Positions 57,096 through 64,000 of a stretch of 64,000 nucleotides of DNA are shown one piece after another (within the stretch, counting starts at the first letter, position 1; each line of letters starts with the position of its first letter). The position numbers were made by a program, and so were the translations under genes. The DNA comes from Candidatus Phycocordibacter aenigmaticus. GTDB taxonomy: Bacteria > Patescibacteriota > Minisyncoccia > Phycocordibacterales > UBA2163. The stretch covers positions 28,302 to 92,301 of the forward strand of contig DCWL01000006.1 of the NCBI GenBank assembly GCA_002327585.1, read 5' to 3'. The notes beneath the pieces are model-generated. The model made no database searches. It was not told the DNA's origin and worked only from the letters and a program-made list of their open reading frames with translations.

Positions 57096-57863
57096 TTAAG
57101 ATAATTCAATACCAACTGGCGCATGGTCGGAACCAAATATATCGCTTAAAATAAAAGCCTTTTTAAGATTATTCTGTAAATTTGAACTTATGAAAAAATA
57201 ATCCAACCTCCAGCCGATATTGCGGTCGCGGGCTCTTGTCTTAATATCCCAATAGCTATATGAATCTTTTTTATCAGGATTTAGATGCCGGAATGTGTCA
57301 ATATAGCCGTGGCGGATTACTTCATCAATCCATGCTCTCTCTTCGGGAAGAAAACCTGTGCTTTCTTTATTTTCCCTCGGGCGGGCAAGATCAATTTCCT
57401 CATGAGCTGTGTTTATATCTCCACAGAAAATTATTTTTTTTTCGCCCTTTTTTAATTTTTCAATATAATTAAGAAATGCATCATAAAAATCAAGTTTGTA
57501 TTTTAATCTCTCTGGCCCCATGCCGCCGTTGGGGAAGTAAACATTTAAAAGTATAAAGTTTTTGAAATATAAAGTTAATAAACGTCCTTCTTGGTCAAAT
57601 CTCTTTATCCCCATGCCATACTCAACCTTTTTCGGCTTGGTCTTGGTGTAGACGGCTACTCCGCTGTATCCTTTTTTAATTTCTGCTGAGGCGAAAAATG
57701 AGAAATGGCCTCGTATCTCGCGCAGTTGCTCAGGAAGTTGCTGAGGTTGAGCTTTTGTCTCCTGAATGCAGAAAATATCGGCATTTTGTGTAAAAAAATC
57801 ATTCCAAGAGTCTTTTTTATGAATGGCTCGCAGACCATTTACATTCCAAGATAGTATTTTCAT
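57096..57863 (-). CDS. xth: exodeoxyribonuclease III
   Basis: SWNVNGLRA, IQETK, GYSGVA, CGDINTAH, GWRLDYF, GSDHAP. Confidence 0.96.
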   Translation of the reverse strand: MKILSWNVNGLRAIHKKDSWNDFFTQNADIFCIQETKAQPQQLPEQLREIRGHFSFFASAEIKKGYSGVAVYTKTKPKKVEYGMGIKRFDQEGRLLTLYFKNFILLNVYFPNGGMGPERLKYKLDFYDAFLNYIEKLKKGEKKIIFCGDINTAHEEIDLARPRENKESTGFLPEERAWIDEVIRHGYIDTFRHLNPDKKDSYSYWDIKTRARDRNIGWRLDYFFISSNLQNNLKKAFILSDIFGSDHAPVGIELS

Positions 57864-57881
57864 GTATTTATATTAATATTT

Positions 57882-58808
57882 TTATTTCCTTTTCTTTCCA
57901 TGAAACGTTTTATGTATTTCACGGAGATGTTTATCTGTGACATGCGTGTAGACTTGTGTTGTCGCAATGTTTGCATGCCCTAAAAGCGCCTGCACCGAGC
58001 GTAAGTCAGCACCACTTTCTAGAAGATCGGTTGCAAAGGAATGGCGCACTACATGAGGAGTCACTTTTTTAGAAATACCAGCTTTCACTGCATAGAATTT
58101 TACAATCCGCTCAACAGAACGCGGTGTAAGGCGAAGTGAATCCGCGCGTGAAGCATTTTTGCCGAATTGAATAAACAATGCTTCATCCATATCTTCTCTT
58201 TTGTCTAGATAGTTTCTTACAGCCTTTTTTGCAGAGTTTGAAAGAAAGACAACGCGGATTTTATCTCCCTTACCGCGCACAGAAAGCTCATCTTTTGAAA
58301 GGTCAATGTCATTGTTTAAAGCGCAAAGCTCTGATACGCGCAAGCCTGTGGAGAATAAGAGCTCTAATATCGCTTTGTCGCGGAGACTTTTAACATCTGT
58401 TTCATCTGGTGATGAAAGAAGTCTCCCAAGATCGTCTGAAGATATAAGGTCTAGGCTACGCTCGGAAGTTTTTGCAAGCTCAATGCGCTCAGGGGAGAGA
58501 GAATCTATCTCACGTTTGCGTAGAAATTTAAGAAATGCGCGAAGAGCTATTAAATAATAGTTTTGAGTTTTTTTCTTAAGAGTATCTTTCACCCCTTCTG
58601 TTGTTGCACCACTTTCTTGCCTATTGAGCCATAGGCGGAACTTACGGACGTTCTCATCGGTAATATCTCCCACTTTCTTTATTTTCGTGAAATCAATAAA
58701 ACGAGAAAGATATCGGTCATAGTTTTGTACAGTTTTCAGACTCCTACCTTTCTCAATCTCTAAGTATTCAAGAAACTCTTGTTTTAATTTCTCAATATTT
58801 TGCGACAT
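57882..58808 (-). CDS. XerC/D-family tyrosine recombinase
   Basis: STGLRVSEL, GKGDK.R, TPHVVRHSFAT, LLGHA...TTQVYTH. Confidence 0.93.
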   Translation of the reverse strand: MSQNIEKLKQEFLEYLEIEKGRSLKTVQNYDRYLSRFIDFTKIKKVGDITDENVRKFRLWLNRQESGATTEGVKDTLKKKTQNYYLIALRAFLKFLRKREIDSLSPERIELAKTSERSLDLISSDDLGRLLSSPDETDVKSLRDKAILELLFSTGLRVSELCALNNDIDLSKDELSVRGKGDKIRVVFLSNSAKKAVRNYLDKREDMDEALFIQFGKNASRADSLRLTPRSVERIVKFYAVKAGISKKVTPHVVRHSFATDLLESGADLRSVQALLGHANIATTQVYTHVTDKHLREIHKTFHGKKRK

Positions 58809-58943
58809 TAAATATATTGTAGCAGGAGTTTTTCTTTTTCAAAACTTTATTTTGAATTCGCAGGAATATCTTATTGTGGGATGTGCTACATTATATTTTT
58901 CACGGTTGCAAAATCTGCTGTTTTTTGGTACTATATTCATATA

Positions 58944-59210
58944 ATGCTTACATTAAAAAAGAAGCAGAAGTCAATAAAAGAAACGCGGATTCACGATAAA
59001 GACACTGGTTCTCCTGAGGTGCAGGTTTCAATATTAACAAAAAGAATCACTGAACTTACAAAACACCTTAAGAAAAACATCAAAGACAAACATCCGCGCC
59101 GGGGGCTTTTAAGTATGGTTGCGGCCCGCCGTAGGCATTTGAAATATTTGGAGAAAAAAAACAAGAAGAGGTATAGCACTCTTATAAAAAAACTTGGCTT
59201 GAAAAAATAG
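58944..59210 (+). CDS. rpsO: 30S ribosomal protein S15
   Basis: [12 protein letters not shown]...KD...RRGLL; start trimmed. Confidence 0.96.
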   Translation: MLTLKKKQKSIKETRIHDKDTGSPEVQVSILTKRITELTKHLKKNIKDKHPRRGLLSMVAARRRHLKYLEKKNKKRYSTLIKKLGLKK

Positions 59211-59219
59211 TCATGAATT

Positions 59220-59735
59220 ATGATAATAAAACACAAAAATCAGCGCGTTGGAATTTTTATAGATACGCAAAATCTCTACCACAGCGCTAAGAATTTATAT
59301 AAGTCAAAGGTAAACTTCGGACATGTTATAAAAGACGCACTTTCAGGGCGCAACCTTATTCGTGCCGTAGCGTATGTTGTAACGACAGAATCCGGCGAGG
59401 AAGGCGGGTTTTTTGAGGCGCTTGAAAAACTTGGAATAGAAACGAAGACGAAAGATCTTCAGGTATTTTTCGGTGGAGCAAAGAAAGCCGACTGGGATGT
59501 AGGAATTGCAATTGATGCGGTTAAAATGGCACCAAAACTCGACACCATCATTCTTGCGACGGGAGACGGCGATTTTGTGCCTTTAGTTGAATATTTGAAA
59601 ATGAAAGAGGGATGCCAGGTGGAAGTGATTTCATTTGGGCGCTCTTCTTCAAGTAAGCTTCGTGAAGTAACAGATGACTTTATTGACATGTGCGAGAATC
59701 CACGAAGGTATTTGATAGGATATAGGGGACGATAA
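59220..59735 (+). CDS. NYN domain (LabA/DUF88) protein
   Basis: FIDTQN, KADWDVGIAID, GDGDFVPL. Confidence 0.92.
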   Translation: MIIKHKNQRVGIFIDTQNLYHSAKNLYKSKVNFGHVIKDALSGRNLIRAVAYVVTTESGEEGGFFEALEKLGIETKTKDLQVFFGGAKKADWDVGIAIDAVKMAPKLDTIILATGDGDFVPLVEYLKMKEGCQVEVISFGRSSSSKLREVTDDFIDMCENPRRYLIGYRGR

Positions 59736-59737
59736 AA

Positions 59738-61873
59738 ATGCAAAAGAAAGAATATTCAATAGAAATAGGAGGAAAAACACTTACTGTTCAATTTACAGAC
59801 TTGGCAGACCAGACAAATGGCTCTGTTATTGTACGTTTAGGCAACACCTCTGTTCTGGCGACAGTCGTTATGTCAACGCATAAGCGCGAAGGGATTGACT
59901 ATTTTCCGCTCACCGTTGATTATGAAGAAAAATTCTACGCAGTGGGGCAGATTTTGGGAAGCCGTTTTCTGCGAAGAGAGGGAAGGCCGTCAGAGGAGGC
60001 AATTCTCTCCGGTAGAGTTGTTGATAGAACAATTCGCCCTTTATTTGACCAGTATATAAGAAATGAAGTGCAGGTTGTCACAACGGTACTTTCAGTTGAT
60101 AAGGATGATCCTGATATTTTGGCGATAAATGCCGCCTCAATTGCCCTTGCCGTCTCTGACATTCCATGGAACGGGCCGGTAAGTGCTGTAAGAATAGGCA
60201 AGCATAAAGGAGAAAATAAATTTGAAATAAATCCTCACTATCTTTTTAGAGAAAATAAAGATGCAGAGCTTGATATGATAATCTGCGGCAGAGATGGTGA
60301 TATAAACATGATAGAAACCGGCGCAGAGGAGTTAAGCGAGGACATATTGACAGATGCATTCATTATCGCTCTGAAAGAGATTGAGAAACTTCAGGAGTTC
60401 CAAAAGAAGATTGTAAAAGAGATTGGAAAAGAGAAACAAAAGATTGAAAAAATTCAAATGCCAAAAGAAGTCATTGAACTTTTCGAAAGTAGTGGTATCA
60501 AATCTAAATTACCGGAGGAAATATTCTCAAGTGCTGGAAAGGGAAAAGTTCATGCTCTACAGAGTGATTGGAGTGAACTTGTAAAAGAAAAATTATCAGA
60601 AGAACAGTATTTTTTAGCACACAATCTCTACGAAGAGGAAATAGACAAACTTCTCCACAGAGAAGCAATTGAAAACAATAGGCGTGCTGATGGAAGAAAA
60701 ATGGACGAAGTACGGAAACTTTTCGCGCAGGCCGGAGATATCTCAGAGATTATTCACGGCTCCGGAATATTTTACAGAGGAGGAACTCATGTATTCTCGG
60801 CGCTGACTTTAGGCGGACCAGATGATTCTCTTATTATAGACAGCATTGAAGCTCAGCAGGAGAAAAAACATTTTATACACCATTACAATTTTCCCCCGTT
60901 CTCATCTGGTGAAACTGGGAGAATGGGAGGCACGAACAGAAGAATGATAGGGCATGGTGCGCTCGCAGAGAAAGCACTTACTCCTGTAATTCCTCCCAAA
61001 GAAAAATTTCCGTATACGATACGAGTAGTATCAGAAAGCTTGGCTTCAAACGGCTCTACATCAATGGCGTCTGTGTGTGCAAGTACAATTGCTCTTATGG
61101 ACGGCGGTGTTCCTATAAAAGCGCCTGTTGCGGGAATTGCAATGGGACTTGTTATGGACGAAAAAGAAACAGGTAAATACAAAATTTTAACTGACATACA
61201 AGGACCCGAAGATCACCATGGTGATATGGATTTCAAAGTTGCTGGGACAAGGCAAGGGGTTACTGCAGTGCAGATGGACGTGAAAGTTGGAGGCATACCA
61301 ACATCAATACTTAAAGAAGCACTTGGAGAAGCAAAAAAAGCACGACTCCAGATTCTTGACATAATAGAAAAAGAAATACCGACTCCCCGCGCAAAAATAT
61401 CACAGCGTGCTCCAAAGATTGTCACAATGAAAATCAAAAAAGAGCAAATAGGAGATGTTATTGGCTCTGGTGGAAAAATTATAAACGAAATAAAAGATGA
61501 GATGAAAGTCGATGACATCAATATTGAAGATGACGGAACAATATTTATTACAGGCAAAGGTGAAAGTACAGAGCAGGCCTGGAAAGCAATTGAAGAGATT
61601 GTACACGAATATAAAGCAGGTGAACGCTACACTGGCGAAGTCATGAAAATCACTGACTTTGGGGCATTTGTAAAGATAGGAAGAAAAACAGAAGGGCTTG
61701 TTCACATTTCAGAAATTGCGCCGTTTCGGGTTAACAACGTTTCTGATATTCTTAAAGAAGGAGATAAGGTGCCTGTCGCTGTCAAAGGAGTGGATGAAAA
61801 AGACAGAATTTCTTTATCCATCAAAGCAGCTGATCCAAATTTCGCAAAAAGTAAGACAGTAGTTAAAAAGTGA
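59738..61873 (+). CDS. pnp: polyribonucleotide nucleotidyltransferase
   Basis: FPLTVDY, RREGRP, SNGSTSMASVC, GDMDFKVAGT, KH and S1 domains. Confidence 0.97.
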   Translation: MQKKEYSIEIGGKTLTVQFTDLADQTNGSVIVRLGNTSVLATVVMSTHKREGIDYFPLTVDYEEKFYAVGQILGSRFLRREGRPSEEAILSGRVVDRTIRPLFDQYIRNEVQVVTTVLSVDKDDPDILAINAASIALAVSDIPWNGPVSAVRIGKHKGENKFEINPHYLFRENKDAELDMIICGRDGDINMIETGAEELSEDILTDAFIIALKEIEKLQEFQKKIVKEIGKEKQKIEKIQMPKEVIELFESSGIKSKLPEEIFSSAGKGKVHALQSDWSELVKEKLSEEQYFLAHNLYEEEIDKLLHREAIENNRRADGRKMDEVRKLFAQAGDISEIIHGSGIFYRGGTHVFSALTLGGPDDSLIIDSIEAQQEKKHFIHHYNFPPFSSGETGRMGGTNRRMIGHGALAEKALTPVIPPKEKFPYTIRVVSESLASNGSTSMASVCASTIALMDGGVPIKAPVAGIAMGLVMDEKETGKYKILTDIQGPEDHHGDMDFKVAGTRQGVTAVQMDVKVGGIPTSILKEALGEAKKARLQILDIIEKEIPTPRAKISQRAPKIVTMKIKKEQIGDVIGSGGKIINEIKDEMKVDDINIEDDGTIFITGKGESTEQAWKAIEEIVHEYKAGERYTGEVMKITDFGAFVKIGRKTEGLVHISEIAPFRVNNVSDILKEGDKVPVAVKGVDEKDRISLSIKAADPNFAKSKTVVKK

Positions 61874-62934
61874 AATCTACTATGGAAGAAGAATCAAAAA
61901 ATGAGCTGGAAAATGAGAAGCAAGAAAATCTAAAAGTTGATTTAGAGAGTACAATCGAGCTTAAAGACCAGCCTTTCAAAGATGAATCTGAAAAAAAATC
62001 AGCCCCGATGCTCTCTGAGGTCGGAGAGAAAACATCTTTGAGGACAATGCGCACGTACAAAGATGACATTACACAAGTAATGGAGAAGAAAAAAGAGTCG
62101 CTTGTCAGTATTGCAACAGCAGAGAATAAACGTCGTATTAAAAGCAAAGGATTCGAACCCGATGACGGTGAATTGAAGAGAAAGAATCTCAAGAAAGTAG
62201 GTATTGTTATTTTAAGCACAATACTCTTTGTATTTGGTGCCAGTTCTGCTTTTTATTTTTACGAAAAGAGTGGCACTAAAGCTGTTGAACCGGAGTCAAA
62301 AATTCCGTCAATAATATTCTCGGACGAAGAGGAGGAATTTGAAATTACGAATTTGTCAAGAAGACAGATTTTAAGCGAACTCACGGCTTTAAAAGAGAGC
62401 ACGCGGCTTTCCATTGGGAGAATAAATAATATATTCATTACGGAATCTTTTATTGGCGAAGATGGAGTTGAAACAAAAGGACTTGTAAATGCAAGTAATT
62501 TTCTGAATGCTATAGATGCACATCTGCCGGCATCTTTTTTGCGTTCCCTTGAACGAGACTTTATGTTTGGTATACATATATTTAATAACAATCACCCATT
62601 TCTAATTTTGAGAACGAGTTTCTACGAGAACGCCTTTGCAGGAATGCTTGTGTGGGAAGAGAATATAAAAGAAGATCTTGCTCCTTTGTTTGGCTCCGCA
62701 GATTTTGAAGTAATCTCAGACGAGAGTGCCGAAACAAACATCTCTCCTCTTGTAATTCCGATTTTCAGTGACTTTGTCGTTAAGAATAAGGATACAAGGA
62801 TTTTAAAAGATGGTGAAGGAAAGACAGTTATCATGTATTCATTTATAGACAAAAACACAATTGTTATAACTACAAACGAAAACACTTTCAGCGAAATTTT
62901 CACGCGCCTGTCTTCATCAAGAACATTGCAGTAG
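61870..62934 (+). CDS. conserved CPR single-TM protein
   Basis: LRTMRTYKDD motif, TM, FAGML.WE, D.VVKNKDTRIL. Confidence 0.7.
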   Translation: MKSTMEEESKNELENEKQENLKVDLESTIELKDQPFKDESEKKSAPMLSEVGEKTSLRTMRTYKDDITQVMEKKKESLVSIATAENKRRIKSKGFEPDDGELKRKNLKKVGIVILSTILFVFGASSAFYFYEKSGTKAVEPESKIPSIIFSDEEEEFEITNLSRRQILSELTALKESTRLSIGRINNIFITESFIGEDGVETKGLVNASNFLNAIDAHLPASFLRSLERDFMFGIHIFNNNHPFLILRTSFYENAFAGMLVWEENIKEDLAPLFGSADFEVISDESAETNISPLVIPIFSDFVVKNKDTRILKDGEGKTVIMYSFIDKNTIVITTNENTFSEIFTRLSSSRTLQ

Positions 62935-62960
62935 TAAAATTTTCTGCTATTATATTAGTA

Positions 62961-63332
62961 ATGGAGAAAATAGATACACAATATTTTAAGGAAAAGCTTG
63001 AAACAGAACTTAATGTGCTTACTGAAGAGCTTCAAAAAATTGCAAGAATTAATCCATCAAATCCCAATGACTGGGAGCCGATCCCAGCGAAAATGGATAC
63101 ACTTGAAACGGATAAAAATGAGGTGGCGGACAGGATTGAAGCGTTTGAAAAAAACACCGCTTTAGCTAAAGAGCTTGAAATTCGGTTCAATAATATAAAA
63201 CGTGCACTTAAAAAAATTGAAGATGGCAAATACGGAATTTGTGAAGATACAGAAGAACAGATTCCCCTCGCGCGTCTTGAAGCAAATCCAGCAGCGCGTA
63301 CATGTGCTGACGTAGGAAAAAAAGAATCCTAG
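62961..63332 (+). CDS. DksA/TraR family protein
   Basis: Coiled coil, ALKKIEDGKYGIC, RLEANPAARTC (two Cys only). Confidence 0.88.
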   Translation: MEKIDTQYFKEKLETELNVLTEELQKIARINPSNPNDWEPIPAKMDTLETDKNEVADRIEAFEKNTALAKELEIRFNNIKRALKKIEDGKYGICEDTEEQIPLARLEANPAARTCADVGKKES

Positions 63333-63459
63333 TTTAAATATAGTGATAATTTTGTTACTAATGAATATTTATAACATTTTTGTGTTAAATTTTCTTAAAA
63401 CAAAAACCTGCAAATCTTAAAAACTTGCAGGTATATTATTTGGTCATTATGCGATGCTC

Positions 63460-63900
63460 TTATTGTTGGAAATAATTAATTATTTCTAGACATCTTTGCC
63501 CCTCCTGTTTAATTAAATTTACAATTTCCTGAAAAGCATCAGGAACAGATTTTGCTTCTGTTCTGTCATTAGGATAATAAGTAATTTCTACCTCATCATC
63601 ACCACATTCAATTCTATCTTCTTTGTTTTTAAATGAGAAGCTGATTAATCTTGAATCAAGATCATTATGATTACTTGCAACTTTGTATACAATACCTGCG
63701 CTAATTTCATCTTCCTTTAGTTTTTTGCAAAACACAACATCACTGTCCATAGATACTTTTCTAGCAATACTCATAATTGTTTCTTCTGCGGTATTTTTAA
63801 AATATTTTCTACCATTATCTCTAAAAGCCAAAAGTGTTTTTTCAGTTAGTTCATTTAACTCTTTGAAAAAATTCTTAACATTTTCGTCATCCATTCCCAT
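63460..63900 (-). CDS. orphan hypothetical protein (SD-led cassette)
   Basis: 146 aa; TTGACA-16-TATAAT, TAAGGAG SD, ACCTGCAA/TTGCAGGT terminator at ~63402-63432. Confidence 0.7.
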   Translation of the reverse strand: MGMDDENVKNFFKELNELTEKTLLAFRDNGRKYFKNTAEETIMSIARKVSMDSDVVFCKKLKEDEISAGIVYKVASNHNDLDSRLISFSFKNKEDRIECGDDEVEITYYPNDRTEAKSVPDAFQEIVNLIKQEGQRCLEIINYFQQ

Positions 63901-64000
63901 CTTCTTTCTCCTTATAAAAAGATTATTTAATAGGTATAAGATACATCTCTAATTTTATTATACATGTATAACACAGCTTGTCAAGATTACTAATTTTAAC

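Noticed and set aside
57882-58808. Tyrosine recombinase as the integrase for the orphan cassettes
   Set aside because: Looks like the housekeeping Xer-type enzyme: no IntI-specific insertion, no attI/attC, core-gene context.
100-63952. Many 60-150 aa ORFs antisense to or overlapping recognised genes
   Set aside because: Shadow frames of real CDSs, with no motifs or expression signals.
1-64000. Alternative genetic code 25 (UGA=Gly)
   Set aside because: Conserved genes are full length under code 11 and several end in TGA (ruvA, pnp, dcd).

Overview
Chromosomal window spanning the replication origin (dnaN-dnaA-rpmH-rnpA) of a low-GC bacterium. Gene content and style point to Patescibacteria/CPR (Parcubacteria-like): compact housekeeping genes with A-rich or leaderless starts and no Shine-Dalgarno (SD), a pilM/N/O cluster and pilB, DUF5652, nirK and tRNA-Arg(GCG). 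It holds about 65 CDS, 11 tRNAs, a parS-like cluster and a yraN pseudogene. About a dozen stand-alone orphan transcription units are scattered between the core genes and follow a different grammar: near-consensus sigma70 promoter, often a boxA-like element, a strong AGGAG(G) SD, a short ORF and an intrinsic terminator. Several have complementary 5' and 3' UTRs, and one carries a canonical type III hammerhead ribozyme (17901-17951, minus strand) in its leader. At least four intergenic structured-RNA candidates with their own promoter-like sequences are also present, two containing anti-SD tracts. All calls come from reading the sequence by eye; no database search or folding software was run.
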